A DNA stretch of 64,000 nt from assembly GCA_002269645.1 (NCBI GenBank), contig NIVC01001189.1:248001-312000 (forward strand), given 5' to 3'. The position numbers and the translations under genes were made by a program. The notes beneath the pieces were generated by a model, which saw only the letters and a program-made list of their open reading frames with translations, was not told the DNA's origin and did not search any database. Source of the DNA: Macrostomum lignano. Its lineage: Eukaryota. This document shows positions 1 through 13,942 of this stretch, piece by piece (the stretch's first letter is position 1; each line of letters begins with the position of its first letter).

Positions 1-594
1 TATGTGCAACGACGACTTTTACGGCTTCTTAAACTAGTTCTTAGATTATACTATGGGCCTTTTCATATTACCAATTCCAGAACCAGAATCGGTTCGAAAT
101 TCCAAGAAAAACAGCAGTATAACTATTTAACTCTGTTAATATTTGACTGCCTTAACAACCTCACTAAGTACAATTTTCACTTTCTTCTTGGCGATTGTCA
201 TTCAATAATAAAAACTTTATAGCACGTATCTCCCTCTAGTTATGGAGACAAAAAGTTATACTTCACAAATTGGTTCTGGTTCTGGAACCAGAACAAGCAA
301 TATGAAAAGGCCCTATGAAAGAGATCTGTCAAAATGGTTTATGCTCCATCACAAATTTAAGGACCCCTATCTTCGACAAGAGAAAGCCTCTCATAGTGAC
401 AAAACTAAGTCAAAAATGAATGAAAAAAGAATATTTATTTAGTGGGTTTTATAAAGATTATTGATATGAGAGACCACGGAGCTTTCTTATTTGTTTAAAC
501 ACATGCGTGACGGATGCATAGTTATTTAAATGTAATGTCATTTTTCTTCTAGTACGTACCCTGAGCTCTGCTCATCTGCTCTGCTCTGCCTTTC

Positions 595-1248
595 GGCGCA
601 TGTGACTAAGATGGCCACACACCAAGATGGCCACACTCTAAATGTCTAAATAGATAATAATAAGGCTAGGTATATATATTTCACTCATTTCCTCTTGGTA
701 GTAATTAGAGAGATAGATGTAATACTAATAGAATTGTATAATATTACAGGGCCTAGGCCCTAGGCCCTAATCATTCCGGATATTCCCTTTGGCCTTAGCT
801 TTTATTGTAGCCTGACCTAGGGACCTATAGATATTTATCCACTATATAAAGCAAGTAACCTAACACAAAATAAATACCTTATTGCATATTTATCCCAACT
901 TTTTGCATAGCTAGTATTATCACTAGCAATGGTTTCTTGATAAACTGATAGTGATAGATTTTATAGATGTAATTATAGAGAATAAGCCTAAATTGGCACA
1001 AACACTAAAAAAGATTTAAGTTTTTGTATCATAGGTAATTAGTTTCAAATCTATTATTGTATCAGTATTTTTATAAATATAATTGATTAAACATTAGGCC
1101 CTACGCCCTATGCCGGCTATAATTAATATAACAATAGCCTATATTGCTAATTAGGTAATGATAGAAAAAGAGTAGATATGAGTAGATAATATTGAGTAGA
1201 GATTCAATATTGTGGGCATCTTAGTGTGTGGCCATCTTGGTCTTAGTC
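595..1248. mobile_element. Short non-autonomous (MITE-like) deletion derivative of the TIR element at 30304-32835
   Basis: The left end ggcgcatgtgactaagatggccacacaccaagatggccacac (595-636) matches the left TIR at 30304, and the similarity continues for about 110 bp. An inverted copy gtgggcatcttagtgtgtggccatcttggtctta lies at about 1212-1245. No clean TSD, so the right end is approximate. Confidence 0.55.
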
Positions 1249-2783
1249 TTCATCTTGGTTCATCTTAGATTCATATTGGTCCATGACCCAGACTAGGCCT
1301 AGCCGCCTAGTTTATATGTTGACCCATTCATTGGCTATCTATTTACTCATCTTTAGTCAATTGGCATATTTGTAGTAGTCAAATATAAAATATATGTAGG
1401 CCTAGGGCAACTCAGCCTCAGCCCTCAGTATGATGCTGTTTTCTTTTAGGGAAATTTCCTGAACAAAAATGGGTTTCTGACTCAAAGTCAAATATTTGGC
1501 ACAGACTCAAAGTAAGAATGATAGCCTAATATATAAAAAGGCTTAAATTACAATGTAGGCTGTATTATCAATTATCATGCAATACTATTGAAAGATATGC
1601 CATTTCTTTGGTGCAGACAGACATAGGTCTAAGCCAGGGTCCAGATTATGTAATAGTATACCTCGGAACAAGAATCCTATCTCAGCTAAATGTATGCCAA
1701 TATACACCAAAAAAGTTCCCTAAAATATATGCCAAAAATTCCTCTTAAAAAGGTAATTTGGTTTTTAGGAGTAGAGTTTCCTGAAAAAAAGGCTTTCATA
1801 CAAAAAGTACATTTAAAATATTACAAGTACTTTCATTTTAAAAAAAACTTGAATTAAACCTATAGAAATAATAATGCAAAATGTATGTTTTAGCAATCAT
1901 TTATACTAGGCCTAATCTTATTTATTGCTAATTTTAAAGAAGCAAAAAGTTTGTCCCTGACTTTCTAGACTATACAAATTTTCTTTTATTTTATATAAAA
2001 ACATTAATTTACATTACAATTTTCATGCATGGCATGAATTGATTTACCAACTTAGTATGCCAAAAAGTTGGCATGTATTTGTGCACCAAAAATTTTTATG
2101 CCAAAAAATTGCATGAATTTGTATGCTAAAATTTATATGCCAACTTTGAAAAGGGTTCATTTGTATACCAGAATTTTCTGGCATACATATAACTATACAT
2201 GCACAACAGTTGGCAGAGTTGGCCAATGTGGCTAACCAATTTGGAAGCCAACCAAGGTAAGTTGCAAAAATGCCCACCTGAATAAATACCAAAGTAGTAC
2301 TAAGTAGATAATGAGGCATTTTGCTTTAATGAGACAGTCATAGTTACTCCTACCATTTACCCAAAGTTGTGTTAATTTTGCTTCAGGGTTTCTTTTACAT
2401 GTAAGTTGCATTTTTGGCCAAAAACAACATCACATTTTTTGTTAAAACTAAGTTGCACGGCCAACCAAATTTTGGAGGTTGTGCATGTATGCACATATAA
2501 CCTTCTAGAGTCTGGGGCCAAGGCCTAGGGACTCCAGTAATTTAATAAATTATTTTAATTCTATTTAAAAAGTATTATTTGCAAAAATTAAATGACTTCT
2601 AATTTTTAGTTTTAGGAGTTAGTCAAGCAATAAAAGTTATATTATGAAACTTACTTTTTTATTTTTTTATTAGTTTATTTTTTGTATATATTGCTTATTA
2701 TGCATTGTAATCGTTCTTGCCTAAAAAACTTGGTAATATATGTATTTAGTAATATTAATAATGTTTTTTATAAAACAATATAA

Positions 2784-3568
2784 GGCTCATTCCATATAAG
2801 CATGGTCGTAACATGACAGGTTATTTTTACTTATAAAATGAAATCTAATAATAGAATATACTAAACCAATATTTTAAATGAAAGATTATTTTGTCTAGAA
2901 TATATTTATAGAGTTTCATATAGATATCATCATTAGTATAGATGCTATTAAACCTTAAATGACACTTATGGTCGTAATGACAGGATTTTTGACATATAGA
3001 AACTAAAAGGTAAAAGTCTCATAACATTTTTCATTTTTGATATTTTGCAATACATTTTTAAAATTTGACTAAGAACATCTTTAGAAATCATACTCTTTTA
3101 TTAGAATATATAAACTCAAAAGGCAACAAAGATACCAAAGAAAAGGCAGCCTTATGGTCGTAACATTATGGTCGTAACATATTTTTTTCTGTCAATTCAG
3201 TAACTTTGAGGTACTAATACATTAAAAATATAATAGATTATTTGGTCACCAATGCTTTTATCTGATGATGCAAGTACTATACTTTTATCTATAGTTTGTT
3301 TCAACCTTCAAAAGCTTTCTATTTGTTTTTAAAAGGTACAAAATCTTAATGATGTCTTTTGCTTCGAAAAATGTCCAAATTTTTACAAAAATGACTTTTT
3401 GCCAATTGATAACATACTAATCCAACATTTTACCATTCCTTTATTCTTAGATTGTATATATTGCACAATATAAACATTTGGTAAAAAATAGGCTAATTAG
3501 GCAATGGCAAGCAAAAATATTGACTTTTTTCTATTTTCCAAATATGTCCATCTTATATGGAATGAGCC
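2784..3568. mobile_element. MITE-like element with ~20-bp terminal inverted repeats
   Basis: ggctcattccatataagcatgg at 2784 and ccatcttatatggaatgagcc ending at 3568 are inverted copies. An internal motif (t)atggtcgtaa recurs at about 2803, 2968, 3153 and 3167. Flanks are TAA / ATA, so TSD and superfamily are unresolved. Confidence 0.5.
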
Positions 3569-4799
3569 ATAATAAAGCCAAGATACTAGCCTATCTAGCT
3601 AAGCATTGGGTTGCCTATTTTTATGGGATTTAATGATGCCTTTAGAGTTTTGACTACTATAGAGTAGTTTGTTTTCATCAGTGGCATACTTAGGATTTTC
3701 TATTGGGAAATTAGTTTTAGGCCTACTACACCTTTTCACATTCAATTTTGATCAAAGTCCTATTCTAAAAAACTTGGAGAAATTCAATTTAAATAATTCA
3801 AACTAAAAACAATTTTGTCTATAGCTAAGCTAAACCTTGCTTTGGTGGTAGAATGTTTTGAACTAGGGGTTTGTTTTTATTGATTTTCTATAAGTGTTGC
3901 CATAGTCTAAATTGTCTGAATTAAATTTCTACTAGTTTATTTAAAATTAGACTTTAAACAAAATTGAACATGAAAAGGTATAGTACTAATATAATATAAT
4001 CAATGAGACCCATAGGCCTACTCTAGAAAATATAGTGCAGTATATTATAAAACTTTAGCATGTATAATGTGCATATAAAATTTTATAAGCCCTAAATCTA
4101 CATTTTTACTATGTAACAAAAATAGCAAAATTTACTAAAATATATGTTTTTAAAATTGACTTATCAATATTAATGACGTAGGGGTTACTTATGTCCTTAT
4201 AAATAATCTCACAATGCCACCAGCTGTTATAGAGGTTATTTCTTCTTAATAATCTACTGGTTATTAATTGCCTTTCTACTGGTAGCGCATGTACTTCTAT
4301 TGGTAGTGTATGTACTTCTATTGTACTTTCTGGCCTGGGTGGTCTTTAGGCACAGTCTATTTTATCCCTATATTCCTCTAAAGATTTTAGTCTCTCAGTC
4401 CTAGGTGTTCCTGGGATCAGAAGGTCACAGCTTACTTGCTGGGTATTCTGCCTTGAAGCGGTTTCTCAGACTCTGAGTTTGGACTTCTCTATCCTGTGGT
4501 AGGATTCCTGCCTTCTAAAGGTGATTTCTTAGATCCTAGATCTGGATGTCTCGTTCTCTAAGAATGGAAGTCCTGAACTCCCAATCTTGGGGCAACTCCT
4601 ATGTCACTATCTACTACTTGAAAAAAGTTGAATATCAAATGACAGACATATATGTGCTATAGAAAGTTGTTAGGAAAGGTAAAGCTATAGTGTGAAAGAT
4701 TAAAGTTTGTTAGAAAAATATTACAAAAAAATTGTTTACTAAATGCTACCTTGTAAAATGGAATTCAGTCTTAGAACTTGCATGGTATAGGCAGTTCAC

Positions 4800-6800
4800 A
4801 GAAAGTAGGCCAACCAAACTAGCTGAAAATCCATCGTAGCTCAATGTTGATGAACTTCTTGATCAGTGCTGGTGAGCTGGCGGTGCAGCCTCTTGGCTAT
4901 GGACTGCACCACAACCATTGCCTCGCCATTGCAAACATGCCATCTTAGAAGATGTAAGAATAGCCACAACTGAGCCCACTGTGGCAATGGCTGGTCACTC
5001 AAACATAAGCAATGCGCAGCAAGTACTGTTGGAGGCTGTATCTTGCCCACTTGATTGGCTCGCCTCGAGTGGCCAGCAAGTGATGCACCACCTCATTGTA
5101 GCCTGGTTGTTCGCTTGGAGGCGGCTGTTGCCTGGCCAGGTGCTTGCCTGGCGATGGCTGCTGCCTGGCCGGTCGCTCACTTGGCGGCAAATGCTGCCTA
5201 GCCAGTTGCTCACTTGGCAGTGGCTGCTGCATGGCCAGTCGCTGGCGCAGATCCATTGGTGGCTCAGCAAGTTAAATGGCCTATTGTTCACCCTAAGCAG
5301 CGCCTCCGGCGGCTGCCATATAGACTCAAACCAGGACAATGGCCTGAGCCTAGATAAGTGCAGCTCTCTTCTTGGGCACTTGGTCGCCATCTCAAACTTG
5401 GCGGTTCACGATTGGAGAAGGGTCTCACCTTCTTTTGCAACCTGGTGGCTTTGGGTATGTTGGCTGTCGTAGTGGCCCCTCGTTGGCCTGCTGTTGTTGC
5501 TGATGCTGTGGCTGCAAAATAAGCTGATGCTGTGGCTGCGTCGGCTGCGGTTGCTGCAGTGGCTGCGGTTGCTGCGGCAGCTGCAGTTGCTCAGCCAGTG
5601 ACTGCCAGTGGCTAGAGTTGCTCAGCCAGTGGCTGGAGTTGCTCAGCCTGTGGCTGGAGTTGCTCAGCCTATGGCTGGAGTTGCTGCCCAAGCTTAGGCA
5701 CAGGGCCTGCAGGCTGAATGTTGATCTGCTCCTCTGGCTGGTCCAAATCGGTGGCCTGGTCATTCATGACTAATCTAGATTTAATTATGGTTGATGTGTC
5801 AAGGAGAGCTGTGGTATATGCTTCTTGGGGAGCCTCAGGGGTCTTGGTTTTGTATCTAAAAAACTGGACCGCATCTTTGTGTTCTCTCTAGGGGAGGGGT
5901 CTAAGCTTCACTTTTGACACTTTGGTTCCGTGGGGATCTTTGATACGATTTTCATATGCATATAACTTTCTTAATATAATAGATACAATGATGAGCAATA
6001 TACCCATTTATAGATAACTATTTATAGATTATTATGATGTTTTTGTATTTTTTGTAGATTTTATAGTTTTTATTTTATTGAGCTTTTTGTAGAGTCTATT
6101 TACAAATGGAAACCTTTTTACGCTGATTCTAATGGGGTTTTGGTTCACTGATTATGTCATCTTTACTTTCGATAGTGCAAAAAGCACCTCCAGGGAACAA
6201 AGCCTGTGGTGACTAAGCTCTTTCTCTGGGGTCTTAGATTATAGTGATGCCTTTGTTCAGCCCTCTTGTTCTCACTTCTATCTTGATTTGGCTCTGATGT
6301 GTCACCTATTTTGGTTGGCTCAGTTCTCTCACTGTCTAATGATTCATGCTCTAACTCTTCTTCATTCTGCTCAATTCCTTCCTCATTTGGCTCGTTCTGT
6401 TCAATCTCTTGCACTCTCCATTGGATTCTTTCTTCTTCTGAGCTATTATCTAATTCTATTGGTTCCAAATGGTTATTCTTATCGATTGGCTGATGTTGTT
6501 GCCTTACCTTAATTTTTGGCTCTCTCTTTCTCTGTTGCTCTTTCTGCCTTCCCCTATTTGTAGGTTCCATCTCTTTATTTGGTTAGTAAATTAATGATTT
6601 TCAATCCTTTACCTTTGAAAATTACACTATTCTTAGGATCATGCTGAGATTGGCTGCCATTGGGCTACATGGCTTTCTCCATAAGAACAGGGCACTCTTT
6701 CAGTAGTTCCATCCATTGAAATTCGTCTCCATTTTACAAGATCCTTGAGAGAGGTCTTTAAAATGGTTGAACCATGCCTAAGTAGGATCATGAAATTTTC
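4800..6800 (-). pseudogene. Heavily decayed LTR-retrotransposon-like gag/pol remnants
   Basis: Broken minus-strand frames give Gag-like QFFRYKTKTPEAPQEAYTTALLD (~5830-5870), Gln/Ala-rich repeats, VVHHLLATRGEPIK (resembles the pre-RT H-x-I-x-T...PI segment) and HYNLRP. There are many stops, and the order of pieces is not clearly canonical. Confidence 0.3.
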
Positions 6801-7239
6801 CATTCTCAATTTCTCAAATTAGTTTGCTTTCATAAATGTCTTCTCTATTTTTGTTCTTCACAGACTATCGTATCCTTTTAGAAAGCTATGTATTTGTCTT
6901 ATCTAAAGAGGGATACTAAGATAGCTGATCAGAGTTTTTCTCACACAGTTTTCTCATATCTCACCGAGTTCTCAACTCTTGGCAGCTTCTTCAAATTCTC
7001 TTCTTTGAATTTGCTTCTTTATACTCGTAATTCTTTTCTCGAATTCACTTCTACAAACTTTGTGCCTATCAGCACTTTGAGGGTGCGACTAGACTTTAAA
7101 TCACCCAATGATGAGAAATACTTAACTTACCTCTGCTGCTAATGCACTTACTTCAACTTCTTTTGCCTCAACTCTTCTCATATTCTTTATTATTTATAAC
7201 CTAATATAGCTTGTATAATAGAAATTCAACAAAATAAAT

Positions 7240-7860
7240 TTTTAAACCAAATCAATTTGATTCAAATGCTTGATAAAACTGATTCAAATACTAAATAATA
7301 CTAAATATAAATATTTCAGTCAATAATATGCCTACTTTTGTACTCATTAGTCATCTGCCAATAGTGCTAATTGATTATTAAATTAATTAATTCTAGATAA
7401 TTTGGTATCAAAGCAATTAAAAATGTGGACTAACTTTCATTGTTTTATTTTCTTGAGAAAAATGACCACATAGGTATAAGCACTTTGGTAGAGTCAAGCA
7501 TTGCAATGATTAAACTTTTATAGAAATGTCTAGCTATACTCACTGTTAGAAGCATATGCTATTTAATATCCAGTCCTTAGTCCTATACCTCTCAACTTAT
7601 AGGCCTACATCTTCTTGTCTAATAAAATGTGCTTTAGACCAAATTCATCCCTATCCCTACTAAGTTTGTAGTAATCAGTGCCCCTAAATCCATGTTCTAT
7701 AAACTTGATTCTTAATGTTCCATTTCTAACACTGCTAATCCTCATCAAGCCTGAGTACTCAATCTGAGCACAATGTGCTTGCAACTGCTCAAGCACTCCT
7801 GCCTTTCCATACAATATGCTATATGTTTTCCTATCCTTAATTCATTTCCTCATTTATGAG
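7240..7860 (-). repeat. Dispersed repeat, probably the 3' end of an old CR1/L2-like LINE; second copy at ~26040-26430
   Basis: Shared blocks such as aggcctacatctt, ataaacttgattctt and tgcttgcaactgctcaagcac occur in both copies in the same order. The LINE assignment is a weak inference from the minus-strand ORF 7605-7814. Confidence 0.4.
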
Positions 7861-8736
7861 ACACAAGCCCACAACCCCTAATACTTTTGACTTCTTCAAA
7901 GGCAAATTTCTCAGTCCTTAATTTGCTAACTCCTATTTATCCCCAATTTCTTGTTTTCATTTATGAGGCACAAAGCCAATACTCAACTCTTGATCTGTTC
8001 CAAATCTTTGCCCTGCATTAAAGTGACTTTTTAGTATTTGGTTTGTCAATTTTCCAACTCCAAGTTGAACCAAATATTCTGAATATTTGTCCTATTTCTG
8101 ATATATAATACTGGTACCATATTATATATTATTAGTGGTATATTGTATATTATTGGAAGCGTACTATATATTAATCGTTGCATATTGTGTATTATGTTTC
8201 TCTTAGTCTAGGGAATCACTAGGAACTGAGGGTCACAGTTTATTCTAGTAGATATATTCTAAGATGGTATCTTAAATCTAGGTGTTTAATTTCTAAATAA
8301 TTTTTTATTCTTACTAATTCTTAAGCTTTTGATAATGATATTCCTATTTATTACTTAAACATAATTAAAACAGATCAATTATTAGCTAGCTTTGGCTGTT
8401 TCAATAGTTTTCTTTGTGGTTATTGTTTGCATACAAATGCTTAGGTAAAGCTGGCTTGAGGTTCTTGTTGGCAGTTTTTGTAAAATTTAGAAAGGTTTTA
8501 AAACAAATTTGCATAATATTTTTAGTATTGGGCCCAGTTTAACAATTTTTTAAAGAAACAAAAAATTCTTGGAAATTAAATTTTTCCCTTTGACATATAT
8601 CAATTGACTGATATTTGGAATAAATTATTTTAAAATTATAATATTTGCGCTAGGAATTAAGTCTCCTGATCAGCTGTAAAATGTAAACTCTATATAGTGC
8701 ATTGAAGCTTAGTGTTCGATCACAATTTCAGCTCAT

Positions 8737-9967
8737 ATGGGTGGCTGTTGCTGCAAGGAGGAGGCCGGCTCTGACAGTGGAGAAAGAGACCGCCTCCTGA
8801 CCAATCCTGTATCAGATGATGACGATGACAATGTGTAAGTCTGAGCATACTTTGTGTCTTGGAACTTTTAATTTAACCCAGTTGCTTTAGGAAAATTGAA
8901 TTATTATAGCACTAAATCTCAACCAATTGCTTTCTGAGGGTCTACGACTATTGAGTGCCAGTGACAATTGACAAGTGACATTTGGCAGCCAGGGACATTT
9001 TACTGTCAGTGACATTTGAATGTTAGTGACATTTGACTGCCAGTGACATTTGACTGCCAGTGACATTTGACTGACAGTGACAATTGACTGCCAGTGACAA
9101 TTGACTGTCGGTGACATTTGGCAGCCAGTGACATTTTACTGCCAGTGACTATTGACTGACAGACATTTAACTACCAACCCTAGCCCTAACCCTAAACCTA
9201 ATCCCTAGACCCTAACCTTAATAGTCTGCAGTAAAATGACATAAAACCGCTTCTTCTAGGGTATGAAAATTCACTGGCCTCAGAAACCTTGAGCAGCCCA
9301 TTTGCTGTGCTGCAGTTAAAGAAGCGCAATTTTAAAGTTAGGCTGCACTTGAAGCAGAAAAGACGAATTTTATGCAATATTTTATACATGTAGCTATTTG
9401 GAATTATAGCTCTTGAAACAATTTAAATTCGTACAATTGATCAGCCAGCGCTGCAAGTTAAGCAGATTCGGCCGAGGTTAGTTTGCAATCAAGCTACAAT
9501 TGCGACTTGTAATTGGTGCTTCAAATTTTTCTAGCCCGCAGCCCAACGGAGGCGGCGCTGGCGGTGGCCCGGGCAAGTCGGACCGGCCGGACGTGCAGGC
9601 GGCGCTGTCGCAGATTCTCGAGAACGTGGCCGTACAGGTGATTGACATCGGCCAGACCGGGCCGCAGGTTGTTGAACGCCAGGAGTACACGCAGCGGGCC
9701 AGGCAGCTGCTAAGGGCTGGCAGCGAGCGGCTGCGCGGACATCAGCAACCGAAACGGCGTCTTCCTGTTCTGGGCGTCGGTGGAAACAGCGGCGGCACCG
9801 GCGCTGCGCCGTCATTGGCCGACACTCTGGGCCGGGAGTCGCCGCCGTCAGCTACAGACTTGGCCTTGGCGGCGGAGCTGGCCAGGAGCATAGCGGAGGC
9901 GGCCCTGTCCGTGTCTGTCAGAGTGCCTGAGGATCTGCTGGTGATGTTCGGTGTGGCATCTGCTTAG
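8737..9967 (+). CDS. LAMTOR1: Ragulator complex protein LAMTOR1 (p18), 176 aa, 2 exons
   Basis: Exons 8737-8834 and 9535-9967 are joined by GT-AG into 531 nt in frame. N-terminal MGGCCC (myristoylation/palmitoylation) and ERDRLL dileucine motif; ALSQILENVAVQVIDI...ERQEYTQRARQ and C-terminal VPEDLLVMF match the LAMTOR1 pattern. Confidence 0.9.
8956..9170. repeat. 17-bp minisatellite (gtgacatttgactgcca)n in the LAMTOR1 intron, followed by degenerate ccctaa hexamers (~9175-9220)
   Basis: About 12 imperfect units read directly from the sequence. Confidence 0.85.
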
Positions 9968-10398
9968 CTTCGAACTGTTGCAATATATATATGTATATAT
10001 ATATTCTATTCTGCATTAAATAGTCTAGGGATGCTGAGAGCTTAGCGGTTCTATTATGGGTTTTATGATTTCCGTAAAAATCACGATTATGCCATTAGTG
10101 AGATGGATTCGAAACATGCCAACAATTCTTTCCATGTACTTGCATAGCACAAAATTCAATGCTGCGGATACTAGAATAACTAGACATGTCAAAATTAAAG
10201 TTGTGAAAAAGCATAGCGTCTACTCTTTACTCTTCTACTCTTTTTCAGTAGTTTTCTTGGGTAGTGTCACTTAAATGTAATGTGGCAGCTAGAATTTCTT
10301 TTCCTTCAGGGTTTGTAGCCTCGGAAGCATGAGGTTAAGAATGAACAACAAGCGGTTAATTCAATATACACAAGTGAACGCAAGACAGACGAAACTCA

Positions 10399-10637
10399 GT
10401 CTAGGGGAGCAGGCCTAATCTAGCTCAGCCAATGAGAGAGCAATAAGGAGAGAGGTCAGCCTAGGGGGGCAGGCCCAATCTAGCTCAGCCAATGAGAGCG
10501 CAGTAAGGAGAGAGGTCAGCTTAGGTGGGCAGGCCCAATCTAGCTCAGCCAATGAGAGCGCAGTAAGGAGAGAGGTCAGCTTAGGTGGGCAGGCCCAATC
10601 TAGCTCAGCCAATGAGAGCGCAGTAAGGAGAGAGAGG
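10399..10637. repeat. 60-bp tandem repeat, ~4 copies
   Basis: Lines 10501, 10561 and 10621 begin in identical register. Unit aggcccaatctagctcagccaatgagagcgcagtaaggagagaggtcagcttaggtgggc. Confidence 0.95.
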
Positions 10638-12151
10638 CCAAAGTCAGTCACTAGCGGGCAAAAGGAAAGCCAAACTGTTTACTCTTTCTCTCTTGCTCGC
10701 TATGCACACGCACTGGATTTGGGCTGTTTAAGTCTACCTCCAATTTTCGGTCATTAATTTCTTTTTAAATAATTTTGAATGAGGCAGTCTATCGTCGATA
10801 AAACCGAATGAAGATGCTTGCAGAAAGCCAGTTATAAATTCAAAAAAAGTTTTTTAAGTGTAAAGGAGCTTGCGAGTTTTTTTCAACCAATTTGCATCCT
10901 TGTTAACTGATGAAACTAATGGTGTGGGAATTCCTCTTAAACAGTTATTTTTTTAATTTAGTCATTAAAATCATTGATTACCCGTTTTAAGCTGTTTAAT
11001 TTTCAAATATTTTATATGTCCTTTTTTGCATCCTGCCAATACCAGATAATTTCTATCATTCATGCCTGCACGAATTTATAATTCTCTCTATTTACCAGCA
11101 ACAATACCTGTCATATAAAACCGCCTGTCCGCCACACCTGTTGTCCCGGTATATTATTCACTAAGCCAGGTGCATTTTTTCGTCCGCCTAAAGGAGTCTC
11201 AAATCCAATCGTGTACTTTTATCCTAGTTCTATTCGATGAACTGTTTGATTGGATGATTCACGTACTGGCCAGGCAAGTGCAACCCAGTTTGAGTTGCTG
11301 CTTTTTTTAAGTACGGCTTTTTAGTACTTTGTGCGGATCGGAACTGTCTGCTCAGTTATTTCCAATACCTATTGACTATAATCCCCTTTCCTGTTAGACC
11401 TCGTATCCCTAACTGTTGATAATACTCGTAGATCCCTATCCTGCTGGTTGCAATCCCCATCCCTGCTGTTGCAATCATTATCCCCGCTAGTTGCAATCCT
11501 TCATCCTTACTTTTTTAATCTGTTGGTCTCAAACGGTGACTACAGAGTACAGAGTGCTGTCCCATCTTTGCAGTTTTTAATACTGTGTCCACTGTATGGA
11601 TCCTATTCTGCCCAGTCACGATTTGCTATGGCTCTCGTCCATCCATCGCCTCAATGATCTCTGTTCGCGCTAGTATTTTCGCCTTTTTTTATTGAAGATA
11701 CAGTAATTTCATTTGCATGTGCAGTACATTATATAAAATTTCAATCGATTAAATTTCTTATGACTATTATACGCGCAAAGCACTAGATGATTGTACAGTG
11801 CAAAAATGAACAGTTGTATGCCGGCTGTGTACTGTAAAACTAAATTGTTTAAATAGATTTCAATTTCACGTTTTTCTTTTTACATTTAATCTCAATCAAC
11901 AGAGACAAAAACAAAACTCAATATTGCAATTGTTGGCGTGAAAGAAGCGACTCACTCGATTCAAACTACTTTAAGTAGTCAGGATCGCGTGTTAAGATTG
12001 TGTAATTAAATAATTTCCGACCAAGAGCAGCGGATACCAATGCACCTGTTATATGTACAAAAACTGCTGAAATATCGATAGTGAAGAAAAAATATTTCCG
12101 AAACATAGACAGTTAATGATAACTTGGTAGTTAAGTGTTCTCGAGTGATCT

Positions 12152-13007
12152 TTACTTAGAATTGTACGTAGCGTGTCGCTGATTCATGGGATTCTCGGGC
12201 GACTTGTCCCAGCTCTTGTGCACCAGCTGCTTCAGCTGGCTGAGCCGCATGCCCGGTAGCTCCCGCTTCAGCCTGGCCAGTTCGCGCTCCTCATAAGCCG
12301 CGTAGGCGGCCCGCATTCGCCTCTCCGGGTGCCGGTCCGATCCGGCCTCGCCGCCGAGGACTTGCAGCGCCTCCTCGACTGTGCGCGCCTGCTCGCCGTC
12401 GATGGCCAGCCGGTTGACGTTCTCCTCCAGCTCCGGCTGCTCCACTACGCGAGTCTTGGCGCTGCCTCCTGCCGATGATGCGGCGGCGGCGGCCTCCCGT
12501 CGGGCTTCTATCTCGGCGCGGGTCACCTTCTCCGGCACCTCCTGCTTGGGTGTCGCACTCTGCATCTCCTGGTCGTGCAGGGCGCGCAGTTCGGCTTTGC
12601 GCTCCATTTTTTCGTGCACCTGTGGACGGTGGGAATAGGGAAGGCTGTTTGAATTCCCTTAGCTACACGAGTGAGTGCTGACTCCTGAGCACCAAGTACC
12701 AATACTGGCACATAGGCACGCACTCGTACACACGCTCACACAGGGTGTACAGCTGCCCTGACTCAAATCGTCAGGCATGTACACTGTCTGTGCCGTGGGG
12801 GTTGGCCTTCATCGCTGTGAGCCGTCTTACCTTAGCTTCTTTCTCCGCTTTTCGCATCTGCTTCCGCGCCATTTGCTTGTCATCGTCGCGCCATTTCTCA
12901 TTCTCTTCGGCTTCGGCCTTCTTCTGCCGCTCCTCCGCCTTCTGAGATTCTTTACGGGCGCGAGCAGCAGCCGCTTTGGTGTTTTCGCCTTGAAATTTCT
13001 TTGGCAT
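12152..13007 (-). CDS. CCDC124: Coiled-coil domain-containing protein 124 (Lso2/Oxs1 family), 214 aa, 2 coding exons
   Basis: Exons 13007-12831 and 12619-12152 (GT-AG, 645 nt). MPKKFQGENTKAAAARARK N-terminus and DRHPERRMRAAY...MRLSQLKQL...SPENPMNQR C-terminus are diagnostic. Confidence 0.95.
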
Positions 13008-13049
13008 CAATCGAAGAATGCTAGAAAATGGGAGCATGAAGTCATTAAC

Positions 13050-13942
13050 AATCCATTCTATAACTGCATTTGTGGGATAGATTAGCAATCCATTCTATAC
13101 CTGCATTTGTGGGATAGATTAGCAATCCATTCTATAACTGCATTTGTGGGATAGATTAGCAATCCATTCTATACCTGCATTTGTGGGATAGATTAGCAAT
13201 CCATTCTATACCTGCATTTGTGGGATAGATTAGCAATCCATTCTATAACTGCATTTGTGGGATAGATTAGCAATCCATTCTATACCTGCATTTGTGGGAT
13301 AGATTAGCAATCCATTCTATAACTGCATTTGTGGGATAGATTAGCAATCCATTCTATACCTGCATTTGTGGGATAGATTAGCAATCCATTCTATACCTGC
13401 ATTTGTGGGATAGATTAGCAATCCATTCTACACCTGCATTTGTGGGATAGATTAGCAATCCATTCTATACCTGCATTTGTGGGATAGATTAGCAATCCAT
13501 TCTATACCTGCATTTGTGGGATAGATTAGCAATCCATTCTATACCTGCATTTGTGGGATAGATTAGCAATCCATTCTATAACTGCATTTGTGGGATAGAT
13601 TAGCAATCCATTCTATACCTGCATTTGTGGGATAGATTAGCAATCCATTCTATACCTGCATTTGTGGGATAGATTAGCAATCCATTCTACACCTGCATTT
13701 GTGGGATAGATTAGCAATCCATTCTATACCTGCATTTGTGGGATAGATTAGCAATCCATTCTATAACTGCATTTGTGGGATAGATTAGCAATCCATTCTA
13801 TACCTGCATTTGTGGGATAGATTAGCAATCCATTCTATACCTGCATTTGCGGGATAGATTAGCAATCCATTCTATACCTGCATTTGTGGGATAGATTAGC
13901 AATCCATTCTATACCTGCATTTGTGGGATAGATTAGCAATCC
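13050..13942. repeat. 37-bp minisatellite, ~24 near-identical copies, just upstream of the CCDC124 acceptor
   Basis: Unit aatccattctatacctgcatttgtgggatagattagc with period 37 (13050, 13087...). No spacers. Confidence 0.97.

Noticed and set aside
4240-8300. Possible old LTR pair (~4390-4440 vs ~8200-8245) around the decayed retroelement
   Set aside because: Similarity is short and patchy, with no TSD, PBS or PPT identifiable by eye.
13050-13942. 37-bp repeats of CRISPR-like length (also the 28-, 42- and 59-bp arrays)
   Set aside because: Units are directly adjacent with no unique spacers, there are no cas genes, and the context is eukaryotic.
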